Positions 1 through 9,357 are shown, numbered from the stretch's first letter. The stretch is DNA of 64,000 nucleotides from an uncultured virus (IMG/VR IMGVR_UViG_3300037755_000799) (IMGVR_UViG_3300037755_000799); one strand, 5' to 3'. The notes: generated by a model not told the origin, from the letters alone. A program made the numbers and translations.

Positions 1-72
1 GACGGCGTCGACCTGCTGCCGATGTTCGACGAAGCCGATGGTGCCTGTGACTCCGGGTGGTGCATGACATGA
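1..72 (+). CDS. 3' end of upstream gene (possibly PAPS-reductase-like phage protein)
   Basis: Frame 1 reads DGVDLLPMFDEADGACDSGWCMT*, with an ATGA overlap to the next gene; Cys-rich CDSGxC tail. Confidence 0.4.
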   Translation, partial: DGVDLLPMFDEADGACDSGWCMT

Positions 73-656
73 CCACCCCGACCCTGTTCACCCCGCGGGT
101 TCCGGTCGCCACCACGGCGGCCGGGCCCCGGCCCCTGGTGATCGTGGCACTCGATGTCAGCCTCACCTGCACCGGCATCGCCGGAGTCGGCTGGACCGAC
201 CGCATCCGCACCAAACTCCGCGGCGACGAACGCCTCGCCTACCTCGAAACGGAGATCGCCTCCTTCATCCGGTCCGCCGATCTCGTCGCCATGGAAGGCC
301 CCTCCTACGGGCACAGCGGCCCCCGCTTCCACGAAGACCTCGCCGGGCTCCGCGTCCTCGTCCGCCGCTACTGCCACCACCACCAGATCCCGTACGCCCT
401 CGTCCCGCCGTCGAACCTGAAGCTCTACACGACGGGCCGTGGCAACGCCGGGAAGGGCGAGGTGCGTTCGGCGGTCGCCGACCGGTACGGCATCCACACG
501 GAGGGCGTGGGCCGGTATGACATGGCGGACGCCTACGGGGCGCTCGCTGCTGCGTCCGAGTGGCTGGGCCAGTCGCTGGCTGATGTGCCGGAGCGGAACC
601 GGAAGGCGCTGGCTGGTTGCGCGTGGCCGGAGCGCGAGCAGGTGATCGCGCGGTGA
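69..656 (+). CDS. RuvC-like Holliday junction resolvase
   Basis: ALDVSLTCTG, VAMEGPSY, PSNLKLYTTGRGNAGKGEV, DMADA motifs; start taken at ATGA overlap. Confidence 0.85.
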   Translation: MTTPTLFTPRVPVATTAAGPRPLVIVALDVSLTCTGIAGVGWTDRIRTKLRGDERLAYLETEIASFIRSADLVAMEGPSYGHSGPRFHEDLAGLRVLVRRYCHHHQIPYALVPPSNLKLYTTGRGNAGKGEVRSAVADRYGIHTEGVGRYDMADAYGALAAASEWLGQSLADVPERNRKALAGCAWPEREQVIAR

Positions 657-901
657 GTACCAGTCAGGCCCTCACCGTCACCGTGGCCGCCACCCTCGGC
701 GCCCTCGCATGCGCTTGGCAGGCCATCCGCGCCTGGCGCGCCGACGACCGGTATGACGTCGGCCCGGATGCGCTGCGCCTCTTCGAAGACCTCGACGCGC
801 ACCTCGACGAACACGTCGCCGCGAACCCGGAGCTGGCGGCCGGCTTCGACCGGCTCCGCACCGCCATCCACGAACACCGAGAGGAGGACGGCACCCGATG
901 A
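653..901 (+). CDS. Small membrane-anchored hypothetical protein
   Basis: GTGA overlap; hydrophobic N-terminus. Confidence 0.7.
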   Translation: MSTSQALTVTVAATLGALACAWQAIRAWRADDRYDVGPDALRLFEDLDAHLDEHVAANPELAAGFDRLRTAIHEHREEDGTR

Positions 902-2151
902 TCCTCGACGGCTTCGCCGGCCCCGGCGGCTGGTCCGAAGGCCTCCGCCTCCTCGGCCTCCGTGACATCGGCCTGGAGATGGACACCGCGGCCTGCCAGA
1001 CCCGGGCCGCAGTCGGACACCTGACGATCCAGTGCGACATCGCCCAGTACCCGACCACACCCTTCAAGGGCCGCAGCAAGAAGCAGATCTGGTCCCCGCC
1101 CTGCCAGGCCTGGTCACGGGCCGGCAAGGGCCTCGGCCTGGTCGACCAGCCGCTCGTACACCAGGCCGTCCATGACCTCGCCCACGGCCGCGACACCCGC
1201 ACCGGGCTAGTCGCCGCGTGCAAGGACCCGCGGTCGCTGCTCGCCGCCGAGCCGATGCGCTGGCTGTATGACCTGCGCCCCGAGTGGGTGTGCATGGAAG
1301 AAGTCCCCGACGTCCTCCCGCTGTGGAAGCAGTACGCGCTGCACCTCCAGCAGTGGGGGTACAGCACTTGGGCCGGGATCCTCAACGCCGCCGACTACGG
1401 AGTCCCGCAGACCCGGCGCCGGGCAATCCTCATCGCCTCCCGGATGCGGCCCGTGACCGCGCCCGAACCCACGCACGCCGAACACGGCGAGGAAGCCGGC
1501 CTGTTCGGTCCCGGCCGGGCCCGTTGGGTGTCCATGGCCGAAGCCCTCGGCTGGGATGGCGGGCTGTTCGTGAACACACGTGGCGAGCGGAAGACGCCCG
1601 GGGGCAACGAGTTCCCGGCGGACGGCCCGGCCTGGTGCCTGACGGAAAAGACCCGATCGTGGGCACTGCGCAATGGCACGCAGAAGAACGCCGCCGTCCG
1701 TGAGCTGGACGAGCCGGCCGGGACGCTGTTCTTCGGGGCCCGCTGCAACGACGTCTCGTGGGTTCTGAGGAACGGCAATCAGCCGAATGCGGCGATACGC
1801 GAAGCAGGCCAGCCCGCGCCGACCATGGCGTTCGGCAACAACTCGGCCCGGATCGAGTGGGTTCAGCGGCGGCCGGCGACCACCGTGTGTGCCACCGACC
1901 GGATCGCGCCGCCCGGCCACCGCGACCGGTCGCCGAGGGGCGAGTCGCAGTTCGCCAGCCCGGAAACGGTCCGCATCACGCAGGCGGAGGCCGCTGTCCT
2001 CCAGTCGTTCCCCGCCGACTATCCGTGGCAGGGCAGCAAGACGAAGCAGTTCGAGCAGATCGGCAACGCGGTGCCGCCGCTGCTCGCCGCGCACATCGTG
2101 TCCGTTCCGACCGGCATCCCCGTGGGCGAGCTGCTGGGGGTGGCGTCGTGA
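898..2151 (+). CDS. DNA (cytosine-5) methyltransferase
   Basis: Motif I DGFAGPGG, IV SPPCQ, VI EEV, VIII QTRRR, IX-X LQSFP...IGNAVPP. Confidence 0.93.
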   Translation: MILDGFAGPGGWSEGLRLLGLRDIGLEMDTAACQTRAAVGHLTIQCDIAQYPTTPFKGRSKKQIWSPPCQAWSRAGKGLGLVDQPLVHQAVHDLAHGRDTRTGLVAACKDPRSLLAAEPMRWLYDLRPEWVCMEEVPDVLPLWKQYALHLQQWGYSTWAGILNAADYGVPQTRRRAILIASRMRPVTAPEPTHAEHGEEAGLFGPGRARWVSMAEALGWDGGLFVNTRGERKTPGGNEFPADGPAWCLTEKTRSWALRNGTQKNAAVRELDEPAGTLFFGARCNDVSWVLRNGNQPNAAIREAGQPAPTMAFGNNSARIEWVQRRPATTVCATDRIAPPGHRDRSPRGESQFASPETVRITQAEAAVLQSFPADYPWQGSKTKQFEQIGNAVPPLLAAHIVSVPTGIPVGELLGVAS

Positions 2152-2591
2152 GCCACTACTCCGGCGCCGTCCCCGACACCGAACCCGCAGGCCAGTGGGT
2201 GAAACAAGGCGCCTGCCGCGAAGATCCGGAAGCCATGTTCCCAGGCACCAACGATGCCGACATCGAGGCCGCCAAAGCGATCTGCCGGTCGTGCCCCGTC
2301 ATCCAACAATGCGGCCAGTGGGCGCTCGCCACCCGCGAATCGACCGGCGTCCTCGGCGGCATGTCCGAGGCGCAACGCCGCAACCTGCTCCGCCAACGCG
2401 GACGAGGCAAGGGCCGCGGACCGAAGAAGGCGGTGCCCTCGCAGCCTCGCAAGCCCGCCGAGTGCGGCACCCGCGGCGGCTACCAACGCCACCGCAAGAA
2501 CGGCCAAGAGGCGTGCGACGCCTGCAAGCAGGCGAACACGGACGCGGACAACCGGCTACGCCGCACCGGCACCACCAAGGCCCTGGTGTGA
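2148..2591 (+). CDS. WhiB-family regulator with C-terminal Zn-finger-like extension
   Basis: W...GAC...MFP...AKAICRSCPV..C...GVLGGMSEAQR; then CGT..GY..H...CDAC. Confidence 0.9.
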   Translation: MSHYSGAVPDTEPAGQWVKQGACREDPEAMFPGTNDADIEAAKAICRSCPVIQQCGQWALATRESTGVLGGMSEAQRRNLLRQRGRGKGRGPKKAVPSQPRKPAECGTRGGYQRHRKNGQEACDACKQANTDADNRLRRTGTTKALV

Positions 2592-2831
2592 GCGGCCGCC
2601 AGCGCCGCCGCGCCCCGCCCGAGCCTGTGTATGTGCCCGGGACGCTCCTCAACTGGAACGGACTCCCGCCACTGGAACTACGACGGCCCGCAACCGTGCC
2701 GGTACGAGTGCGGCGGCGTCACCCAACTCCGCGACTCCCACGGCAAAGCAGCCCACAAAACCTGTGCCGAAGCCGCCCTCGCCCAACAGCACGCAGAAGC
2801 AGCCGACGCCTACCAGAACGGAACCACCTGA
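2588..2831 (+). pseudogene. Small Cys/His protein, apparently frameshifted near 2657
   Basis: Coupled GTG start frame (..PGTLLNW) continues plausibly only in another frame (TDSRHW..CRYECGG..HKTCAE), which stops abutting the next ATG. Confidence 0.55.
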
Positions 2832-2965
2832 TGGCCGCCACCTTTACCGCCCGCTACGAGTCCGAATGCGCCGAGTGCGGCGACCCGATCGAGCCGGGCG
2901 ACGAGGCCGGATACCTCGACGACGAAGTCTGCTGCGAAGAGTGCGTCGAGACCGCCCAGCACTGA
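2831..2965 (+). CDS. Small Cys-rich (Zn-ribbon) protein
   Basis: TGATG coupling; CAECGDPI...CCEEC. Confidence 0.7.
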   Translation: MAATFTARYESECAECGDPIEPGDEAGYLDDEVCCEECVETAQH

Positions 2966-3034
2966 CCCACCGCCCGACAACAGCGCCCCGCCGACCCGAA
3001 TCCGGCGGGGCACCCACCACAAGGAGAACACCAA

Positions 3035-3721
3035 ATGATCAACCTCGCCAAGGTCGAACAGCAGGCCCCCGGCCTCGTCAACCTCGCCAAAACCGCCGCC
3101 GTGTCCCTGGAAAAGCAAGGCCTCGCCGGGCAGCGCGCAGCCGTCCAACTCGTCCTCGACCACTCCGGCAGCATGCACCCCTACTACAACAACGGCGCCG
3201 TCCAGCGCCTCGCCGAACAAGCCCTCGGCCTGTCCGTGAACCTGGACGACGACGGCGCCGTGCCCGTCATCTTCTTCGGCTCCCACGTCGAGCAGTACGA
3301 CGACGCCCGCCTCGACAACTACGCGGGGATCATCGACCGCACCCACCCCAAGGTCCACTGGGGCTCGACGGACTACGTCGCCGGAATGCAGGCCGCGATC
3401 ACCGAGTACCAGCAGTCCGGTGCCACCGATCCGGGCCTCGTCATCTTCCAGACGGACGGCGAGCCCGATGACCGTAAGGCCGTCGAGCGGCTGTTGCGGG
3501 AGGTGTCGACGCTGCCGATCTTTTGGGCGTTCGTCGGGTTCGGCGGGCGCGTCGACTTCTTGGAGAAGCTCGACGGCCTGCGCCGCCGGGCCGTCGACAA
3601 CGCGTCGTTCTTTCATGCCGCGAACCCGCACGCCGTCACCGACGCCCAGTTGTACGACGGCATCACCGCCGAGTTCGCCGGATGGCTGACTGCCGCGCGC
3701 ACGGCCGGGATCCTCCGCTGA
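3035..3721 (+). CDS. vWA-domain protein (TerF-associated vWA-like)
   Basis: MIDAS DHSGSM, TDY, FQTDG, PIFWAFVGFG, VDNASFF; AAGGAG RBS. Confidence 0.85.
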   Translation: MINLAKVEQQAPGLVNLAKTAAVSLEKQGLAGQRAAVQLVLDHSGSMHPYYNNGAVQRLAEQALGLSVNLDDDGAVPVIFFGSHVEQYDDARLDNYAGIIDRTHPKVHWGSTDYVAGMQAAITEYQQSGATDPGLVIFQTDGEPDDRKAVERLLREVSTLPIFWAFVGFGGRVDFLEKLDGLRRRAVDNASFFHAANPHAVTDAQLYDGITAEFAGWLTAARTAGILR

Positions 3722-3766
3722 CCCTCTGACCGGCGGCCGGCCCGCACCCCCACGCGCCGACCGCCA

Positions 3767-3851
3767 CCGGGAGCCCGCCACCTCCCCGGCGGGCTCCCGG
3801 ACCCCCAGCCACAGCAGCAGCACGAAGCCCCGCACCAGCACGGTGCGGGGC
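3767..3851. terminator. Two hairpins between convergent genes
   Basis: 13-bp stem at 3767-3800 and 10-bp stem at 3827-3851. Confidence 0.7.
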
Positions 3852-3876
3852 GAACGGAGAGGAGGACGAGGTGCGA

Positions 3877-4083
3877 TCAGGTATCGCTGAGTGCCACCCG
3901 CGCCCGCTCGTACCACTCGGGCGTGACGACGTACGCCCGGCGCTCGCCGCGCTCGGTGAACGCCGCGACTTGCGCGTCTTCCCTGACTCGCCGGATGAGG
4001 CGCGTGAGGTTCGCGCGGGCGTCGGTCATCGAGACCTCGGCGACGCCGTCCTCTGCGGTCTGGATGCCCTGCTCAACAGCCAT
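3877..4083 (-). CDS. Phd/YefM-like DNA-binding protein (orphan antitoxin-like)
   Basis: VSMTDARANLTRLIRRV...TERGERRAYVVTPEWYE; TACACT -10 lies 6 nt before ATG 4083 (likely leaderless). Confidence 0.8.
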   Translation of the reverse strand: MAVEQGIQTAEDGVAEVSMTDARANLTRLIRRVREDAQVAAFTERGERRAYVVTPEWYERARVALSDT

Positions 4084-4140
4084 GGCAAGAGTGTAAGTCA
4101 TAGCCAATCTCTCCATTCTTTCCAATCTTTAAAGTAGTAT
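4084..4140. promoter_or_regulatory. Divergent promoter with three tandem 9-bp repeats
   Basis: AT-rich; GCCAATCTC/TCCATTCTT/TCCAATCTT at 4103-4129. Confidence 0.65.
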
Positions 4141-4186
4141 GGCAGTACGCCGGACAGACCACCAGACCGAGCAGAAAGGCCGCTCC

Positions 4187-6034
4187 ATGGCCAGGCGCTT
4201 CTCGCAGCGGCAACACATCGCCCTCTACCTGGCGGCCGACGGCCACTGCGAGGGGTGCGGCGCCGAACTCCAACCCAGCTGGCACGGCGACCACATCACG
4301 CCCTACTCGGCCGGAGGCGCCACCGACGTCATCAACGGCCAAGCCCTCTGCCCCACCTGCAACCTGAAGAAAGGCAACCGCCACATGCAGCTCCGCGGCT
4401 GGCAGGAAGACGCCATCGGGCGCTTCCTCCGCAACAACGACGACTTCCTCACCGTCGCCACACCCGGCGCGGGTAAGACCACCTTCGCCCTCACCTCGGC
4501 CAAGATGCTCATCGACCGAGGCGACATCACCCGTGTCATCGTCGTCGTCCCCACCGCGCACCTGCGCAACCAGTGGGCCCACGCCGGAGCAAGTGCCGGG
4601 ATCCAGCTCGACAACACCTTCGCCAACGGCAACACCGTCATCGCGAAGGACTACGACGGCACGGTCATCACGTACGCAACCGTCGCGGCGCAACCCCAGT
4701 TGTGGCGCAAGCTCGCCACCCAGCAACAGAGCCTGATCGTCCTCGACGAGGTACACCACGCCGGAGAAGCCGACCACCTCAGCTGGGGCCCCGCCCTCAC
4801 AGAGGCGTTCGGCCCGGCATACCGGCGGCTGCTCCTATCCGGCACGCCGTTCCGCTCCGACGGCCGCCCCATCCCCTTCGTCACCTACGAGCAGGGCAAG
4901 TGCGTGCCCAGCATCAACTACGACTACGGAACCGCTCTCGCGGACCGAGACGTCGTGCGCCCCATCGCTTTCCCGGCGCTCGACGGGACGATGCGCTGGC
5001 GCGACGCCGGCACCATCGTTGCCGCAGACCTGGCCACCGTCGATGAGGAGCGGCTCGCACGCGCGCTCGACACTGCGTACGACCCGACCGGCGAGTGGAT
5101 CCGCTCAGTACTCCGGCGCGCCGACGCCGAGTTGACCCGGCTCAGGGAAGAAACCCCGGACGCCGGAGGCCTGATCGTTGCGTCCAACCAGTACAACGCC
5201 CGCCAGTACGCCGCAATCCTCAAGCGCATCACGGGCGACGCACCCACCGTGGCCATCTCCGACGAGCCCGACGCCTCCGACCTCATCAAGGCCTACGCGA
5301 AGGGCAGCCAGCGATGGATCGTCGCAGTGCAGATGGTGTCCGAGGGCGTCGACATCCCGCGCCTCGCCCTTGGTGTCTACGCCTCACGGATCTCCACGGA
5401 GATGTTCTTCCGGCAGGTCGTTGGCCGTTTCGTCCGGATGCGCGGAGCCGAGGACGAGACGACAGCCACTCTGTACATCCCTTCCATCGAGCCGCTCCTG
5501 TCGTACGCCCGAGACATCGAGCGGACCGTCGAGGCCGTCCTCGCCGAGGAGGAGCGCGAACTCCGTGAGCGTACGGAGAAGGGCCCGCAGCAAACAGCGT
5601 TGACCTTGGATCTGGTGGAACCTCTTGACTCCACCGAGGCGACCCATCACTCCACGATCTTCCGGGCCGAGGCCTTCAGCGACATCGAGCTGCGCCGCGC
5701 CGAGAACGCCGCGCGGCAGGCCGGGATGCCGGTCGCGGTAACGCCGGAGATGATGGCGCACGCCCTGCGCCTGGCAGGCGGAGGACGCGTCGTCGGTACG
5801 GCCACGGTCGCCGCTCCGGCGCCGGAGCAGGCACGGCCGCTCGCGGAGGAGAAGGCGTCTCTGCGGAAGCTGATCATGCGCAAGGTCGGGCAGCTTCAGC
5901 GCCGGACCGAGGTCGAGTTCTCCCACATCCACTCGCAGTTGAACCGGCGTTGCGGTGACACCGCGAAGACCGCGACGACGGAAACCTTGAACAGGCGCCT
6001 GGAGCTGCTGGACCAGTGGCTGGAGGAGGCGTGA
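4187..6034 (+). CDS. HNH endonuclease fused to SF2 DEAD/DEAH-box helicase
   Basis: CEGC..DHITPYSAGG..NGQALCPTCNLKK; ATPGAGKT, DEVHH, SGTPFRSD, EGVDIP, QVVGRFVR. Confidence 0.9.
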   Translation: MARRFSQRQHIALYLAADGHCEGCGAELQPSWHGDHITPYSAGGATDVINGQALCPTCNLKKGNRHMQLRGWQEDAIGRFLRNNDDFLTVATPGAGKTTFALTSAKMLIDRGDITRVIVVVPTAHLRNQWAHAGASAGIQLDNTFANGNTVIAKDYDGTVITYATVAAQPQLWRKLATQQQSLIVLDEVHHAGEADHLSWGPALTEAFGPAYRRLLLSGTPFRSDGRPIPFVTYEQGKCVPSINYDYGTALADRDVVRPIAFPALDGTMRWRDAGTIVAADLATVDEERLARALDTAYDPTGEWIRSVLRRADAELTRLREETPDAGGLIVASNQYNARQYAAILKRITGDAPTVAISDEPDASDLIKAYAKGSQRWIVAVQMVSEGVDIPRLALGVYASRISTEMFFRQVVGRFVRMRGAEDETTATLYIPSIEPLLSYARDIERTVEAVLAEEERELRERTEKGPQQTALTLDLVEPLDSTEATHHSTIFRAEAFSDIELRRAENAARQAGMPVAVTPEMMAHALRLAGGGRVVGTATVAAPAPEQARPLAEEKASLRKLIMRKVGQLQRRTEVEFSHIHSQLNRRCGDTAKTATTETLNRRLELLDQWLEEA

Positions 6035-6615
6035 GTACGCCGAAGGGGAACGCGGTCCTAGTGGAGGCCCTCGGCTCGGCGCTGCGCCGTGGCGGGAACG
6101 CGCTGGAGGACGTGCCGGACCTGCTGAAGCGGGTGCTGGAGGAGGAGTCGTGGCGGGAGTTCGTCACGCCCCGAGGTGAACTCGTACGGCACGGGCGGTT
6201 CGTGGACTTCGTGACCACGGCCCCCACTCAGGGGATCGGCGCGTCGGTGGACCTGGTGCGCCGGATCGTGAAGGACGACCCGGAGTCGCTCGACCTGCTC
6301 GACCGCGCATTGCAGAACGCCGATGGAGGGTCCCCCGAGCAGCGAGCCACTGTAGCTAATAGCAACAGTGGGCGTCCGTCCGGAACGACCCAAGCTGCTG
6401 CGCTGCGCCGCCTCCGCAAGGACGCGCCGTCCCTCCACTCCGAAGTCCTCGCTGGCCGTCTCTCCGCGCACGCCGCCATGGTCCAAGCCGGGTTCCGGCC
6501 CAAGACCATCAGCGTCCCCGTCAGCCGACCCGAGTCGATCGCCGCTGCCCTGCGCAAGCACCTCGGCCCGGACGACATCGCCCGCCTCATCAAGCTCCTC
6601 CTCGACGAGCCCTAA
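6031..6615 (+). CDS. Putative DNA-binding protein (helical, ParB-HTH-like C-terminus)
   Basis: GTGA-coupled to the helicase; ALRRLRKDAP.LH.EVLAGRLSAHAA. Confidence 0.65.
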   Translation: MSTPKGNAVLVEALGSALRRGGNALEDVPDLLKRVLEEESWREFVTPRGELVRHGRFVDFVTTAPTQGIGASVDLVRRIVKDDPESLDLLDRALQNADGGSPEQRATVANSNSGRPSGTTQAAALRRLRKDAPSLHSEVLAGRLSAHAAMVQAGFRPKTISVPVSRPESIAAALRKHLGPDDIARLIKLLLDEP

Positions 6616-6684
6616 AACGCCCCGGGCCGTCCACCGCGGGCGGCCCACCGCAGTCCTCAACCAGCACGATCGAAAGAAGTGCAG

Positions 6685-7653
6685 ATGCCCTGGGTCAAGC
6701 TCGACGACCGGTTCCCGTCGCACCGCAAGATCGCCTTGCTGTCCGACCGGGCGTTCCGGCTGCACATCTCCGCGATCTGCTGGTGCTCCGAAAACCTCAC
6801 GGACGGACGCATCACCGACCGCGAGTTGACTCTCGTCGCACACATCCGGGGCCTGAAGGCGACCGCGAAGCAGCTCGAAGACGCCGGCCTGTGGGACCGC
6901 ACCGACGACGGCTGGGCCATCCATGACTTCCTCGACTACAACCCGTCCCGCGACCAGGTGATCGCCGAGCGGAAGAAGAACGCCGAGCGGCAGGAGAAGT
7001 TCCGCCGCCGCAAGAACGGCAAGCCGGTCCCACCGGGCCCCGGCACCCCGTCAAGTAACGGCGTTAGTAACGGCGTTACGCGAACCGCAGAAACGCACGA
7101 CGGCGACACGAACGCAGCACGACGGCGACACGACGGCGACACGACGGCGACCGGAAACCGTCACGAATCTCAGACAGAACCGCAGGTCACAGAGATTCGT
7201 AACGGCGTTACTAACGGCGCCCCGTCCCGTCCCGTCCCGACCCCAACCCCTTCTATGGCTGATGTAGGTGGGGAAAGTGCCGGTAGTGAGGCGCCCGAGG
7301 CCGACGCTTTCGCGCCCTCCCCGATCGACATCGACGGCTTCCAACTCACCGACGCCATGCGCGCCTGGTCGCTGCGAACCTTCGGCCCCGGCCTCGACCT
7401 CGACTACGAGACCGCCCAGTTCCTCGACCACTTCCGCGCCCAAAACGTCCGCCGCCCCAACTGGCCGACCGAATGGCAGAAGTGGATCCGCCGCTCCGCG
7501 AAGTACGCGTCCGAGCGCGCCACCCGCCCCAGCACCAACGTCGTGCCCTTCACCCAGCCCCGCCCCTCCACCACCGACGCCCGCGTCCAAGCCGCCCTCG
7601 ACCTCGGCCGCCAAATGCAAGCCGAAGCCGACGCCGCCCAGGAGGCCCAGTGA
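6685..7653 (+). CDS. Phage replication initiator-like protein
   Basis: MPWVKLDDRFPSHRKI N-terminus, IHDFLDYNPS, ERQEKFRRR, C-terminal FLDHF..NW..W..WIRR; internal repeats. Confidence 0.75.
   Translation: MPWVKLDDRFPSHRKIALLSDRAFRLHISAICWCSENLTDGRITDRELTLVAHIRGLKATAKQLEDAGLWDRTDDGWAIHDFLDYNPSRDQVIAERKKNAERQEKFRRRKNGKPVPPGPGTPSSNGVSNGVTRTAETHDGDTNAARRRHDGDTTATGNRHESQTEPQVTEIRNGVTNGAPSRPVPTPTPSMADVGGESAGSEAPEADAFAPSPIDIDGFQLTDAMRAWSLRTFGPGLDLDYETAQFLDHFRAQNVRRPNWPTEWQKWIRRSAKYASERATRPSTNVVPFTQPRPSTTDARVQAALDLGRQMQAEADAAQEAQ
7056..7220. repeat. Iteron-like repeats (candidate replication origin)
   Basis: TAACGGCGTTA x3 plus a partial copy, flanking CACGACGGCGA x4. Confidence 0.75.
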
Positions 7654-8378
7654 TCACCTACGAAGACGCCTCAACACTCCTCGGCCTCGCCGCCGCCCGC
7701 GACCAACGCACCGTCGGCCGAGCCGACATCCTCGCCTGGCACGCCGACCTCTCCGCCGCAGGACTCACCCGCGCCGACGCCGAAACCGCACTCACCGCCT
7801 TCTACCAAGAAATGGCCCGCCGTCAGCCACAAGACCGCTACCGGGCAACCGCCGTCGATTTGATCGACATCGCCAAGCGGGCCCGCCGTGAACGCGTAGC
7901 CAACCTCCGCTACGACGGCGACCCCGACGAAACCCCGCAGCAGTACCTCAACCGGCTCCGCGCCCGTACCGCCGCCCTCGCTGACGGCCGTATCGGACCG
8001 GACACCGGACTTCGCGCCCTCGGCCCCGGCACCCCTGATCCGCGGCTGCTCCGTGAACTTGCCGCCGTCGGCCACGACGTACCCGACGACACCACGAGCG
8101 GTCGCCGGCCGGTACGTGTCGGCCCGCTCACCGTCGAGTGCCCCGCCTGCCTCGCACCCCTCGGCAGACACTGCCGCAGCAACGGCCACCCGCGGACCGT
8201 CCCGCATGCCGTCCGCCGCCGTGCGGCACGCGACGCCCACGACCTGCCCCGCGAAGACACCGACCAGATCGCCGCCCGCAAGGAAGCCGCAGCCGCCTAC
8301 CTCGACCAGCTTCCTCCCGAGGAACGCGCTCAGCTTCAGGAGTTCCAGGACCAGATCCGCGAGACCGAGACGTCGTGA
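7650..8378 (+). CDS. Replication-associated protein (helicase loader/inhibitor-like N-terminus plus Zn finger)
   Basis: Coupled to the initiator; LL..AAARDQRTVG..D..AW; ECPACLAP.G.HC..H. Confidence 0.6.
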   Translation: MITYEDASTLLGLAAARDQRTVGRADILAWHADLSAAGLTRADAETALTAFYQEMARRQPQDRYRATAVDLIDIAKRARRERVANLRYDGDPDETPQQYLNRLRARTAALADGRIGPDTGLRALGPGTPDPRLLRELAAVGHDVPDDTTSGRRPVRVGPLTVECPACLAPLGRHCRSNGHPRTVPHAVRRRAARDAHDLPREDTDQIAARKEAAAAYLDQLPPEERAQLQEFQDQIRETETS

Positions 8379-8542
8379 CCCAGCTCCCCGAGTGGGCGAT
8401 CCGCTGCCCCTGGTGCCAGGCCCCGCCCGGCCAGCGTTGCACCAGCCCCCGCGGCCGGAAACTCGCCATCGCCAGCCACGACGCACGCAAAACCGCACAC
8501 ACCGCCCGGCAAGCCGAGGAGACACCCGATGAGCCCTCGTAA
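8375..8542 (+). CDS. Small zinc-finger protein
   Basis: CPWCQAPPGQRC...SHDAR; GTGA overlap. Confidence 0.75.
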   Translation: MTQLPEWAIRCPWCQAPPGQRCTSPRGRKLAIASHDARKTAHTARQAEETPDEPS

Positions 8543-8918
8543 GGGCAACGCCCACGACCACGCGTACGACACCGAGACGCTCCAGGAGAAGGCCGACCGG
8601 ATCCGCGCCGAGCAGGGCCTCCCGGCCGAGGCCGAGCACTCCGGCCCGCGCCCCTGCCAGTGGTACGACGACGGGCACGGCGGACGCTTCCTCGTCCCCG
8701 GCTGCATGACCCGCGTCGTCAACCCCGACGTGGAGGCCTGCGCCTGCAAGACCGTCGAGGAGGAACTCGCCGCCGCCCGCCGCGAGATCGAGTCGCTGAA
8801 GAAGAGCCGCAACGGCCTCCAGAAGTGGCACGACCACGTGACCCGCGCCGTCTACGACCACGCCGACGGCATCCAGATCATGAAGACCGCCGCCGACCGA
8901 GCGGAGATCGGCCGATGA
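8529..8918 (+). CDS. Hypothetical protein
   Basis: GAGGAG RBS; coupled to neighbours. Confidence 0.7.
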   Translation: MSPRKGNAHDHAYDTETLQEKADRIRAEQGLPAEAEHSGPRPCQWYDDGHGGRFLVPGCMTRVVNPDVEACACKTVEEELAAARREIESLKKSRNGLQKWHDHVTRAVYDHADGIQIMKTAADRAEIGR

Positions 8919-9307
8919 CGCGCCGCTGCCGCATCACCGACTGCCCCAAACCAGCCCGCCCCGGCCGCCGCCTCTGCGACCTCCACCGCGTCCGCCTCTA
9001 CCGCCACCGCAACCCGCACTTCACCACCTGGACGGTGGCCGACGACACCGACGTCGCCGCGATCATCCGCGAACAGCGGCCCGCTGAGGGACTGACCCGC
9101 CTCGAGCGCGTCCAAGTCGCCCAAGGCCTCACCGCCCACGGGCTCCCCGCCGACGAGATAGCCCGAATCCTCGGCGTCACCCCACGCACCGTCTACCGGT
9201 GGCGCTCCAAAGCCCACACAGACCCCCAGACGACCCAAGACCACACCCAGACCCCCGCAGGCGCTCACACGGGCACACAGGGGCCACGACAGGCGTACGC
9301 AGCCTGA
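8915..9307 (+). CDS. Zn-finger plus HTH DNA-binding protein
   Basis: CRITDC..LCDLH; ADEIARILGVTPRTVYRW. Confidence 0.8.
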   Translation: MTRRCRITDCPKPARPGRRLCDLHRVRLYRHRNPHFTTWTVADDTDVAAIIREQRPAEGLTRLERVQVAQGLTAHGLPADEIARILGVTPRTVYRWRSKAHTDPQTTQDHTQTPAGAHTGTQGPRQAYAA

Positions 9308-9357
9308 CCGCCACACCCACACCCAACGGATCACTACCTCGCGCGAGGAGCCACACC

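Noticed and set aside
3877..4125. Classical type II toxin-antitoxin pair, and the longer 4125 start
   Set aside because: No RelE/Doc/VapC-like ORF is adjacent; the upstream extension merely translates the 9-bp operator repeats.
898..6034. Restriction-modification system formed by the C5 MTase and the HNH-helicase
   Set aside because: They are separated by several unrelated genes, terminators and a divergent promoter; the MTase is coupled into the phage early operon.
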